Source: Octopus sinensis
Taxonomy: Eukaryota
Direction of reading: 5' to 3'
Length of the DNA: 56,230 nucleotides
Assembly (NCBI RefSeq): GCF_006345805.1
Contig: NW_021832962.1
Coordinates: 1 to 56,230 of the forward strand
A program made the position numbers and the translations under genes. Shown in pieces: positions 1 through 12,625 of this stretch. Positions within the stretch are counted from its first letter, which is position 1, and every line of letters starts with the position of its first letter. The notes under the pieces were generated by a model. That model worked only from the letters and a program-made list of their open reading frames with translations, was not told the origin of the DNA and made no database searches.

Positions 1-58
1 CGATGATGATGATGATGGCGACGACGACGACGTTGATGATAATGATGATGATGATGAT

Positions 59-90
<32 letters not shown>

Positions 91-230
91 TAATAATCAT
101 AATAATAATAATAATGTTGATTTCTTATATGATAATAATATGATGATAATATAATGATAATAATAATGATAATAATATGATGATGATAAAATTAATAATA
201 ATAATAATAATAAGAATAATAATAATAATA

Positions 231-296
<66 letters not shown>

Positions 297-330
297 TAAT
301 AATAATAATAATGACGTTGATAATTTCTTT
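1..330. repeat. (GAT)n/(CAT)n/(AAT)n compound microsatellite
   Basis: Trinucleotide runs are directly visible. Confidence 0.95.
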
Positions 331-339
331 TATTTACCA

Positions 340-935
340 CAATGGTATCCGATGGAAAAATTATGTATTGTGTTGGGAAGGATTTGCATAAGAACAGTGA
401 GAGGAAGAAAAAGGCGGGAGTATTTTATACATACTGAATCAATGAGATTTTTCAGGAATAGAAAGAAAAACAAGACAAGACATATAGCTGGATAGCGAAG
501 GAAGAATATAGCCGATTCATGTATTTGAAATGAAGAAAATTGTTTGTGGCCGAGAGATGGAGACCTGAAATGAGACACTGAATCGCTAATTGTAGCAGCA
601 CAAGTACAAGATACGAAAACGAAGTTTATAAAGATGAAGATTAATAAACTCAGACAGGAAACGCAGAATGTATAGAAAAGTGGACGAAAGTATAAACCAC
701 ATTCTAAGCAGGTGTAGTAAAACTACTACAAAAAAAAATTATGAACGCAGGTATGACTATATCGATGAAGTGTGCTCTGGGTGAAAGGGTAACAGCTAAG
801 TCAGTGGATTTAAAGTGATAGGAAAGAGGTAGACACTCTAGCCAGGGGCTATCTTAATAAATTGCAATCAGTGGATTTCCCCATGGAGACTGGTCATACT
901 ATTGAAGCAAGGAGACAAAAGTTTGATGGCTTGGC
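340..935 (+). mobile_element. Decayed fragment of an R4/Dong-like (RLE-type) non-LTR retrotransposon
   Basis: Manual translation gives GDLK*DTESLIVAAQ (about 560-605) and RMYRKVDESINHILSRCSK...YERRYD (about 665-760). These match the ETE..I.AAQ and CxxC..H...C / RHD region of RLE LINEs. Stops and frameshifts are present, and the outer limits are approximate. Confidence 0.7.
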
Positions 936-982
936 TACCTGGTTATTTGGTTTGCAACAAAATTAGGGTTAGGATTAGGGTT

Positions 983-1561
983 ATCATCATCATTATCATC
1001 ATCATTATCACCACCACCACGATCATCATCATCATTATCATTCATTATCGTTAGGATTATCATTATCCTCGTCATCATCAACATCATAGCCTTCGTCGTC
1101 GTCATCATCATCATCATCGTTATCATCTTCATCAGTAGCAACGGTATCATGATCATCACCACCACCACCACCATCATCGTCTTCATGACCATCACCATCA
1201 CCCTTACCATAAACCATCACCATCACGATTCACGATCATCATCGTCCTCGTTGTCTTCACTATCGTCATCAGCATCATCATAATCATCAGCATCGTCATT
1301 ACCACCACCACCACCAACATCATTAATATACGAGACCCTCCTGTGCCCACCTCACTCTTCGCCGAGTTCTAACTGGATGCTCTAAAGCCATTCACACAGA
1401 AAGGTAACCATATCTTTAGATTTGAAGAAAGACTAAGTTTTTGCCATCGATGTAACTAGATTTACAGCACGTGTAGATATTAGAGTTCAGTGGTGGTGGT
1501 GGTTGTGGTGGTGATGGTGGTGGTGGTGGTGGTGGTGGTGGTTGTAGTAGTAGTAGTAGTA

Positions 1562-1593
<32 letters not shown>

Positions 1594-1913
1594 CAGTAGT
1601 AGTAGTAGCAGTAGTAGTTTTTATGACATTTAATATTTTTCTCTTAACAGAGTCGCACGAGAATAAACAGAACTGCGGGTATATATGTACGTATAGATGT
1701 AATTATGTGAATGCGTATATATGTAATATTATATGTGCACATACATACACACTTACTGACGTACAATATACAAATACACACATAGATACTTTCATAGATA
1801 CATATAGACTACATGTGTGTATACATGTGTATATACATATATAACTAAGAACGTGAGCCCGTGTGCGTCTATATAATTTAGATAGATAGATAGATAAATG
1901 TATACATACATAG

Positions 1914-1947
<34 letters not shown>

Positions 1948-2012
1948 CATATATATATATATACACACATACATACATACATATGTATACGTATGTATAT
2001 GTATGTGTATAT

Positions 2013-2048
<36 letters not shown>

Positions 2049-2145
2049 CATACATACATATGTATATGTATGTATGTGTATGTACATATATATATATATA
2101 TATATTCATGGATAGACTGACAGATAGATAGATAGATAGATAGAA

Positions 2146-2185
<40 letters not shown>

Positions 2186-2188
2186 ATA

Positions 2189-2220
<32 letters not shown>

Positions 2221-2290
2221 GGTATGCATGTATGTATGCATGGACGTATGTATACATTTATATACATTCATATATGTATGCATGTATACA
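983..2290. repeat. Mixed (CAT)n, (GTG)n, (GTA)n, (TA)n, (TAGA)n and (TATG)n simple repeats with short unique spacers
   Basis: Directly visible. Confidence 0.9.
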
Positions 2291-2296
2291 GACATA

Positions 2297-2510
2297 CACG
2301 ACGGAAAAACTACACTTCAGGTTTGATCAACGGTGAAGAACCGTCCCAAACCGCCATTGCTAAGCACGTTCACTGAAAATTAACCAATCAACAAGCTGAC
2401 CTCTTTTACGTATCTACGTGCAAAGTAACAGAAGAGTTAGATGTAAATACAGCCAACCAGGGAAGGAAAAAAGAAGGACCCTTATCTGAACCCAGGAGAT
2501 ATTCGTGTTT
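2297..2510 (+). mobile_element. Possible highly decayed PLE GIY-YIG C-terminal fragment
   Basis: accgccattgctaagcacgttcac reads TAIAKHVH (compare SAIA.H) and a later segment reads DPYLN (compare P.LN). Several frameshifts make this weak. Confidence 0.3.
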
Positions 2511-2857
2511 TGGCTATTTTCTGGCCATTTGTTTGTATTAATGTTCTTATGTATATATTTAGTTGCTTTATAAGGGAAATTTTTTGTTTGTTTTTGGATT
2601 TTTTTGTTGTTCTGTGGATGTTTTTTTTATGTGTTGGTTTTCGTTGGTTGCATTTGTTTTATTATTGATGTTGTTCTTAGTGTTTGTTCTAATTTTCGTT
2701 GGTCTTCGTAGGTATCATATATATGTGTGTGTATATGTATATATATTTATATATGTGTGTGTGTGTATATGTGTGTGCGTGTGTGTGTATATATATATAT
2801 ATGTGTGTGTGTGTGTTTGTATATATATATATATGTGAGTGTGTGTGTGCATGTATA

Positions 2858-2908
<51 letters not shown>

Positions 2909-3102
2909 GCATACATACATATATACCTATATATATATAATTGTGTGTGGTGTGTGTGTGTGTGTGTGTGCGTGTGTGTGTGTGTGATGAGCAAGAGTGT
3001 ACGTATGCGTATATATATAGATAGATAGATATAAATATATAGATATGCAATACACTTCATATGTATACAGCTATAGGCATAAATAAATATATGTAATTTT
3101 AC

Positions 3103-3134
<32 letters not shown>

Positions 3135-3187
3135 CCTATACATACATATATACACACACTGATATATATTATATTATATATTATATA

Positions 3188-3234
<47 letters not shown>

Positions 3235-3625
3235 TATGCAGATATTTATGTACACATACACGCATACACGCACAAACCCACACCCACATGAACCACACCA
3301 CCACATTATATTATTAGGCGGGCTTGTTTTACTTCCAAAACCGTTACTATTTGCCTAGTGATGTCTATATCTATTACACAGAATGGAATGAATATTTGAT
3401 AGAAACCATCAAAACACCACACATGGAATTCTGGCGGGATTTCGATGTTATTAAAATCATTATCAGTCTTGTGTTCTTCCAGCCTAACACTACAAGTCAC
3501 GTTTTGGTTTCGGCTTAATTATTCCTTGGCATATTTCTGATATCTGAGTAATATTTCTCATAATAATTATTGCTGTTTACATAACCGTATATCTGCGAGT
3601 ATATGTTTACATATATATATATGTG

Positions 3626-3930
3626 CTATAGCCCCGGGCCGACCAATGCCTTGTGAGTGGATTTGGTAGACGGAAACTGAAAGAAGCCTGTCGTATATAT
3701 ATGTATATATATGTATGTGTGTTTGTTTGTGTGTCTGTGTTTGTCCCCCTAGCATTGCTTGACAACCGATGCTGGTGTGTTTATGTCCCCGTTACTTAGC
3801 GGTTCGGCAAAAGAGACCGATAGCATAAGTACTGGCTTACAAAAAAAGAATAAGTCCCGGGGTCGAGTCGCTCGACTAAAGGCGGTGCTCCAGCATGGCC
3901 GCAGTCAAAGGACTGAAAATTACAGTAAAA
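3626..3930 (+). mobile_element. SINE family A, 5'-truncated
   Basis: Near-identical to the body and tail of the full copy at 21057-21472. Confidence 0.9.
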
Positions 3931-3936
3931 AAAAGA

Positions 3937-3975
<39 letters not shown>

Positions 3976-4046
3976 GTTTACATATATATATATATATATA
4001 TAATATATATATATACATATATATATATACATATATATATATATAC

Positions 4047-4122
<76 letters not shown>

Positions 4123-4233
4123 TATATTTATTAATATATGTATAAGTATTGTACATGTGTGTGTGTGTCTGTGTGAGTGTATCTGTGTTTGTATGATTGT
4201 GTATTGAAGAATATATTCGTCATGGATCACCAG

Positions 4234-4778
4234 CTTAGTCTGACTTCCACGTTTTATTGTTTGCAATTATTTACAATTTTACAATTTTACAATATTAAAA
4301 TAAACAGTCATCAGTTATGGGACACGGATGTCACTACGTAAGCCTGATGAATGCGTATCGTGGAACACGTCTGTTATTACATATACCTGATGAATGCGTA
4401 TCGTGGAACAAGTCTGTTATTTCATATACCTGATGATTGCGTAACGCTTGAGAGAACTAGCATACTTCAAATTCAAATTACGATGGACATAAAGAAAGAA
4501 ACCAAGCTTACTTTAGAAGTTGTTGAGATGTCTTAGAAAGTTAAAGTGATTTGAAATTCTCAAATCCAGGATAATGCTAATAATAAAGCCTGAACAGGAT
4601 AAGCTACCCCTACTTTGCAGAAAAATGTGTTGGCGGCCGGCTATGAGACACGAACTCACATCCCCGTGTTTACGCGTCGCGGTGCTCTGAACCATTAAGC
4701 TAAACTGCCCACTTCAATATTGTAAAATTGTAAAATTGTTTATAATTTCAAACAATAGAACGTGAAAATCAGACTAAG
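4234..4778 (-). mobile_element. tRNA-headed non-autonomous element with an inverted copy of its own 3' tail
   Basis: About 65-bp inverted repeats at 4234-4298 and 4713-4778. The - strand carries a tRNA-like head from 4710 to 4631 (GGGCAGTTTAGCTTAATGGTTCAGAGC...GTGAGTTCGTGTCTCAT). Internal 43-bp tandem units lie at 4343-4445. Confidence 0.7.
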
Positions 4779-4857
4779 TTGGAATTTCATTGATTAATAT
4801 ATGTGTGTATGTGTGTGTATGTACGTATGTACATATATGTATGTACGTATACATATA

Positions 4858-5134
4858 TGAGATGTAATTGAACCGTTTTATGAATCTGTTTTTTTTTTTT
4901 TGCACGAGTAAGGCGCGTGTTATTTTATGGTGATAGGTTAGGTAGATTTTAGACATTGGCGTCTTCTTCTAGCATGTAGGCAACTTTTATACATACTTGT
5001 TTGCCCTTGATATATATATATATATATATACATCAATGTTTAAATTGATTAATTTTATCTCAGCCGGTTGATTGCAAGCTAACAACCTGATAAAATCTAA
5101 CGTAGATTTTATCCTTAATTTTAAAAATATATTT

Positions 5135-5188
<54 letters not shown>

Positions 5189-6215
5189 AGTTATCCGTAA
5201 TAATGAAGGGTGAAATTAATTAATTTGGAATAATTATCAATTACACCAAGTAGTCTTCGGCATGTAAAATCCTCATTCGAGGAAAATTTATTGCTTAGTA
5301 TTACCCTTTATTGCTTAGTATTACTTATATATATATATATATAATATATATATATATATATTATATTATATATATAATGTATAAATTGATTAATTTTATC
5401 TCATTTGTTTTCAAGATTAAGGGATAATCCCTTTTTCTATCACCAGTGTAATATAACCAGATCAATGCACACAAACACGAACAAAATACGTACCCACGGA
5501 ACAGAAACATCTCCGTACTTATATACAGAATAAAATTTCAAAAATCTAGTTTCGTTTATTTCGACGACGTGTTAAAAACCATATACTTCAGCAGTGAATA
5601 ATTTTGGTTTGAATGAAATGATATATTATAAATATATTTTTACAATTAAGGATAGAATCTACTTTAGATTCTATCCTTAGTTAGCATGCAATCAACCGTT
5701 TAAGGTAAAATTAATTTATAAATTAATATATAAATATGTAGGTTTAGTTTTTAGAAATTGGCGTCTTCTTCTAGCATGTAGGCGACTTGTATACGAACTT
5801 GTTTGCCCTCGATATATATTTATACATGAATTTATAAATTGATTAATTTTACCTTAAACGGTTGATTGCATGCTAACTACCTGATCAAATCTAAAGTGGA
5901 TTCTATCCTTAATTGTTAAAATATATTTATAATATATCATTTCACTCAAACCAAAATTATTCACTGCTGAATTATATGGTTTTTAACACGTCGTCGAAAT
6001 AAACGAAACTTGATTTTTGAAATTTTGAATTTTTATTCTGTATATAAGTACGGACAGCATATTTACGGTGTGGAGTTTCTTCTGTTCCATGGGTATGTAG
6101 TTTGTTCGTATTTATGTGCGTTGATCTGGTTATATTACACTGCTGATAGAAAAAGGAGTCACCCTATAATCTTGAAATCAATTCATATGTAATTGAATCG
6201 TTTTATGAATCTGCT
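4858..6215. mobile_element. Non-coding repeat in a partial-tandem plus inverted (foldback) arrangement
   Basis: 5408-5725 is the reverse complement of 5829-6180. 4935-5125 is a direct repeat of 5738-5925, and 4863-4889 recurs at 6187-6213. Confidence 0.75.
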
Positions 6216-6244
6216 TCGTGTAATGAGAGAAAATATATATATGG

Positions 6245-6928
6245 AGAGAATGTGTCAGATAATTGTAGAGCCGTAGAGCCTGTGGAACTTGAAATGAGAC
6301 AGTGGCACACATTGTGGAAGAATGTCCCAAGTTGGCACAGGAAGAATATTAGGAATGGAGGCAAGACAAGGTTGTAAAAGTTTTTCACTGAAAACTGTGC
6401 CAGAAATGGGGATTTGAAGTTGTAAACACATAGTACGATCATCGAGTCGAAAGAGTACTGGAGGCGGAGAAATGTAAGATTTTGTGGGACTTTCTTATTC
6501 AAACGGACAAGAAATTTGAAAAATAATAGATAAGGAAAAGCGAATTTGCTTACTAATGAACCCTTCATGCCCATTTGATTCCAAGATCGGAAAAAAGAGT
6601 GCGAAAAACAAAAGAAATTCAATCACTCAAAATTTGAAATAGGAAGAATCTGTACCATAAGAACAGTAAAAGTCGTGCCTATAGTAATTGGTGCGATGGG
6701 AACAGTAAGCAAAGATATAGGTAAATGGCTGAAATAAATTGGAATAGAATATCCGGTAGAGCTCCTACAGAAAGTTTGTCTCTTCGGGACAGCAAGAAAT
6801 TTTCAGGATGGATCTAAGCATTTAAATGACTTCTGAAAAACTTGTGGACAATTAAGGTTACAGGTAGAAGAAACCCGCTACCCACATAAATCCTATCAGA
6901 AATTAGACCGAAACTCAGCCAAACCAAA

Positions 6929-6929
<1 letters not shown>
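6245..6929 (+). mobile_element. 3' end of an R4/Dong-like RLE LINE, decayed, ending in (GAT)n
   Basis: Translates as ETVAHIVEECPKLAQEEY, KILWDFLIQTD, VVPIVIGAMGTV and LLQKVCLFGTAR, followed by a short 3' UTR and a microsatellite tail. Confidence 0.88.
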
Positions 6930-6985
<56 letters not shown>

Positions 6986-7408
6986 ATGATGATGATGATG
7001 GTGATGGTGATGATGGTTGTGGTGGTGGTGGTGGTGGTGGTGATGATGATGGTGATGATGATGATGATAAACAGGCACCTTATATTTTTATGTTTCGCTT
7101 TCTCTAATTTTTTTTTATTTTCTTATCAATTTCTTTCATTGTTTCTTACTTTCTCTTTGTCTTTCTCTTTCCCTCTCACCTCCGTCTCTCCCACCTTCTT
7201 CCTCTCTCCTTCTACAATACTCTCTCACTTTTACACACACACACACATACACACACACGCGCGCACAACATACATATACACACAAGCATGTTAACTCTCT
7301 TGCACCTCATGTATCTGACTCTCTGTCTCTCTCCTTCTTTTTCACTCTCTACTTCTCTCTCTCTCTCTCCGCACTGTATATGTGTGTGTGTGTGTAAATA
7401 TATGTGTG

Positions 7409-7439
<31 letters not shown>

Positions 7440-7580
7440 TGTGTGTGTGTGCATATACATACACACACACACATATATATGTATGTGTGTGTGTATGTAT
7501 ATGCATATATAGACAGAATGATAAATATATATATGTGTACATATATATAATATATGTATGTGTGTATGTATATATATATG

Positions 7581-7618
<38 letters not shown>

Positions 7619-7914
7619 CATTAAGTGTGTGTGTATATGTTTTTATGTATATATGTATATATACACGCATATATAGATATTTATATAAGCATATACATAT
7701 ATATACATATATATACATATATATATACGAGATACACACGCACACACACACACATACATATATACAGACGCATCACACAGCAACCAGTGACTAACTGTTG
7801 TTGGTCTTTTTATTCTGTAACAAGTCATTGTATTGGTGAGAGATTGTTTATCACAATCTCATTCAACTGTAGACATCAAATGGTATCACTATCAACAATA
7901 AAACAGATTGCTAG

Positions 7915-8291
7915 TATCATCGTCACCATCATCATCATCGTCATCAACATCATCATCATCATCGTCGTCATCATCGTCCTCATCTTCGCCATCGCTGTGG
8001 TGGTGGTAGTAGTTGTAGTAGTAGTGGTGGTCGTCGTCGTCGTTGTCGTGATCGTGATGGTCGTGGTGGTGGTAGCGGTATTGGTGGTGCTGATAGTAGT
8101 AGTAGTAGTAGTAGTAGTGCTGGTGGTGGTGGTGGTGGTGGTAGTAGTAGTTTTGTAGTAGTAGTAGTAGTTGTAGTAGTAGTAGTAGTGGTGGTGGTAG
8201 TGGTGGTGGTATTAGTAGCAGTGTTGGTAGTAGTAGTAGTGTAGTAGTAGTGGTAGTGGCAGTAGTAGCAGCAGCTGCAGCAGCAGTCGTG

Positions 8292-8340
<49 letters not shown>

Positions 8341-10680
8341 CACAGCAGCAGCAGCAGCATGATCATCTCTATGAAATATATCCCAATTAACAATAACACA
8401 GATTCCTATCGTCATCTTCATCATCAGCAGCACCATCGTTATCGTCGAGACTATTATCATCATGATCATCATCATCATCATAATCACCACCTCTAGCTTC
8501 GTCATCGCCACCATCGTTAACACCACCATCAACATCTTAACTGTTTATCGTTAACATTTTCATCATCGTCATCACCACCATCGATGTCATCATCATCATT
8601 ACAACCCCATGATAATCATCGTCATCACTGGCATCAGCATCCTCACCATCACCGTAATCACTGTCATTGTCATCACCATCATCATCTCCACCGTCGTCAT
8701 CACCGTCATCATCATCATCATTATCATCTTCATCATCATTACCACCATCATCATCGTTATCATCATTATCATCATCATCATCGTCGTCGTCGTTGTCATC
8801 ATCATTAGCATCATCATCGTCGTCGTCGTCGTCATTATCATCATCATCATCGTCGTCGTCGTTGTCATCGTCATTATCATCATCATCGTCGTCGTCGTCG
8901 TCGTCATCATCGTCATCATTGTCACCACCGTCGTCATCATCATTACCATTATCATCACCATCATTATCACTATCATCATCTTCATCATCGTCATCATCGT
9001 CATCATCATCATCATTATCACCACCATCATCATCATCACCATCATCATTATCGCCATCATCATCATCTTCATTATCGTCATCTTCATCATCATCGTCATC
9101 ATCATCGTCGTCGTCATCATCATCAGTCATATCACCTTCAATAATACCATCAGCATCCTCAGCAGCAGTAGCAGCAGTAGTGGTTGCAGAAAGATCGACC
9201 AACCTTCAATATCGTTTCCTGTTGCACTCATTAATGCAACAATACTGCACCACACCAATGCACTCCGTTGTTTTGCAGCGCAGCAGATGGTAGGATAGGC
9301 GAACGCGAGTGGAAAAAAACAACAGAGGGAGGGAAGCTTTTCGCCAGATCTATGAATGTCGCTAATTATTGGAAGATGCGAGGTATTTGAAGGAAATACC
9401 CGAGTCCCAAAACCGTATAGCAATAATGAGGCAAAGCGGCGAGCTTATGGCTGGTTCTGACTTGACAAAGGAGGTCATGAGTGCGGACTTATTCATGACT
9501 TAGAAACGCAATACATCTTGGGTTGAAAAGAGGGAAGTACCCAAAATATGAAGGATTATATCAACTCCACTACCACCGCCATAACATCTTCGTCACCACC
9601 TCTATAAGCACCAGTGGCATTATTATTATCAATATGGCCATGGCTGACATCATAATCATCATCATCATGGTCGTCGTCGGCGGCGGTGGCGGTGTCGTCG
9701 TCATCAACATAATCGCCGTTGACATTGTCGATGTCATCATCATCATTTCGCTGTCATCGCCATCATCTTTATCGTCGTCATCGTCAACATCATCATCGTC
9801 ATCATCGCCGTCGTGGTCGTCGGCGACGGTGTTGGTAACTTCGGTGGCGGCAATGACGATGGCGGCGGCGGCGGTGGCGTCAGTGACATTGGCGGTGACA
9901 GTGTCGTCGTTGTCATCATCGTCATTGTCATCATCGTTACATTCGTCGTTGCTGTCGTCATTATCATCAACGTTTCATCACCATTATCATCTTCTTCACC
10001 AATGTCAACATCATCACAATCATCATCATTGTCAATCGATCAACATCATCTTCGTACAAATCATCATCATCATCGCTTTAATTATAATCACCATCATTAC
10101 CATCATCATAATCATTACCATCACCACTCTCATCATAATCATCACCATCATCATCATCATCGTCATTGTAGTCGTCATCATCATCATCATCACTATATCA
10201 TCTCTAACATTGTAATCGCATTGAACACTACCATCATCATCATTATCGTAAATGCTATCACCTTCATCATCGACTTCGTTGTCTTCGTCATCATCATCGT
10301 TGTCATCATTGTCTTAATACTCATAAACTCGTTCAGATCATTTTCATTATAATCATCATAGTTATCAATCCCGTTATCATCATCACTATCATCATCATCG
10401 TCATCATCATCGCCGTCGTCGTCGTCGTCATCAACGTCATCATGATTATCATCACCATCATCACCACCACCACCACCATCATCATCGTCATGATAATCAT
10501 GATCATCGTGATCATCATTATCATCAGCATCACTATCATCATCATCATCATCATCACCATCACCATCATTGTCGCCGTTGTTGTCATCATCATTATCATC
10601 ATCATCGTCGTCGTCGTCGTGATTTGTCGTCGTTATCCTCGTCGTCGCCATCGTTGATTCCGTTGTCATCGACAGCAATC
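7915..10680. repeat. Large (CAT/CGT/CAC)n and (GTA/GTG)n degenerate trinucleotide field with a unique island at about 9190-9560
   Basis: Directly visible. It is the source of the poly-D, S, I and M pseudo-ORFs. Confidence 0.9.
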
Positions 10681-11032
10681 AACTGCAACAAATGATAGCA
10701 AAAAAAACATGAACCGCCCCTCCCAACCACATCGGAAGACCAAATTACAAATGATTCGGCTTTGATGTTAGATTAGTCTCTTAACTTACAGACACGTTAT
10801 CGGCCAATCTTAAAGAATGAGATTTGTTTCATCAGTGAGGCATCATGGTGGCAATGTACAGCACTTCCAGTTACAGCTGTAATGAGATCGGTGTGGAACA
10901 AGATCCGCAATGGTCTACTTGTATGGCGATGGACTAAATAAATACCCTAATCCTAACCCTAACAGCAAACATCACAGCAGCGATTCATGAAGAGGGAGAA
11001 GATAGCAGAGAATGTTCCATCATAGATATACC

Positions 11033-11264
11033 TATTTCTTTACTACCCACAAGGGGCTAAACACAGATAGGACAAACAAGGACAGACATAGGTATTAAGT
11101 CGATTACATCGACCCCAGTGCGTAACTGGTACTTATTTAATCGACCCCGAAAGGATGAAAGGCAAAGTCGACCTCGGCGGAATTTGAACTCAGAACGTAG
11201 CGGCAGACGAAATACGGCAACGCATTTCGTCCGGCGTGCTAACGATTCTGCCAGCTCGCCGCCT
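11033..11264 (-). mobile_element. SINE family B (tRNA-like head, Meta-domain-like core), full length with an 18-bp TSD
   Basis: The perfect duplication TTCCATCATAGATATACC lies at 11015-11032 and 11265-11282. On -, the head is GGCGGCGAGCTGGCAGAATCG and the core is GCCTTTCATCCTTTCGGGGTCGATTAAATAAGTACCAG. Confidence 0.92.
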
Positions 11265-11507
11265 TTCCATCATAGATATACCGTTTTATCTTTTACTTGT
11301 GTCGATCATTGGACTGCGACCATACTGGGACATCGATCAGAAGGTTTCAGTCGAACAAATCGAACCCAGCTCTTTTTTTTTTTTTTGCTAGGGGGAGTTT
11401 AGTTATTCTACTGAGCCGTTTGGCCGAACTAATAAGCTATGTAAATGCAGATGTAAATGCGTAAGCAAACCAACAATAGTTCTTTATGGGTACAAACAAT
11501 ATGTAAT

Positions 11508-11925
11508 AAAGGTGGCGAGCTGGCAGAATCGTTAGCACGCCGGGCGAAATGCATGGCGGTATTTCGTCTGCCGTTACGTTCTGAGTTCAAATTCCGCCGA
11601 GGTCAACTCTGCCTTTCATCCTTTTGTGGTCTATTAAATAAGTACCAGTTACGCACTGGGGTCGATATAATCGACTTATTGCGTTTGTCTGTCCTTGTTT
11701 GTCCTCTCTGTGTTAGCTCCTTGTGGGTAGTAAAGAAATAGGTATTTCGTCTGCTGCTACGTTCTGAGTTCATATTCCGCTGAGGTCGACTTTGCCTTTC
11801 ATCCTTTCGGAGTCGATTAAATAAGTACCAGTTATGCACTGGGATCGATGTAATCGACTTAATCCCTTTGTCTGTTCTTGTTTATCCCTTCTATGTCTAG
11901 CCCCTTGTGGGCAATAAAGAAATAA
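11508..11925 (+). mobile_element. SINE family B, partial tandem dimer
   Basis: A full unit at 11508-11741 is followed by a headless second unit that restarts at GGTATTTCGTCTG. Confidence 0.88.
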
Positions 11926-12238
11926 CAAACAATATATAGTAATAATAATAATAATGTCATGACAGTTAAAAGGAAACTACACCCAATAGCGATAGGTTGT
12001 GTGTGCCTAAGAACAGAGAAGGAAGAGGATTCATAGGATAGAAAATCCGTGTTGCCAACGAAGAGGACAGTCTGAGAAGGTACATCAAACTTCGGAGTGA
12101 ATCCTTGCTTGCCACTGTTAGAATTAACAATACAATACTTACCGAAAACAAGAATCAAGATGAAGGAGTAAATAATTAGAAAATGAAGTCACTACAAGAA
12201 AAATGCCTCAGAGAAATCGAAGTAAAAAATATGATCAA

Positions 12239-12625
12239 CAGGAGTGGCTGTGTGGTAAGTAGTTTGCTAATCAACCACATGGTTCCGGGTTCAGTCCAAC
12301 TGCGTGGCACCTTGGGCAAGTGTCTTCTACTATAGCCCCGGACCGACCAATGCCTTGTGAGTGGATTTTGTAGACGGAAACTGAAAGAAGCCTGTCGTAT
12401 ATATGTATATATATATGTGTGTGTGTGTTTGTCCCCCTAGCATTGCTTGACAACAGATGCTGGTGTGTTTACGTCCCCGTCACTTAGCGGTTCGGCAAAA
12501 GAGACCGATTGAATAAGTACTGGGCTTACAAAGAATAAGTCCCGGGGTCGATTTGCTCGACTAAAAGGTGGTGCTCCAGCATGGCCGCAGTCAAATGACT
12601 GAAACAAGTAAAAGAGTAAAGAGTA
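12239..12625 (+). mobile_element. SINE family A nested in the LINE
   Basis: Matches 21057-21472, and the LINE reading resumes on both sides. Confidence 0.92.

Noticed and set aside
4631-4710. Functional tRNA gene (also 13645-13717, 17940-18010 and 22437-22510)
   Set aside because: Acceptor and anticodon stems are imperfect and each continues into a repeat body, so these are SINE heads.
5960-6195. Hammerhead in the 5.4-6.2 kb foldback (CTGAA(G/T)T..GAAACT(A/T)G or CTGATAG..GAAATC)
   Set aside because: Neither candidate has both an intact core and a closing stem I.
10820-10845. CTGATGAAAC on - as a hammerhead
   Set aside because: The two boxes overlap, so there is no stem II.
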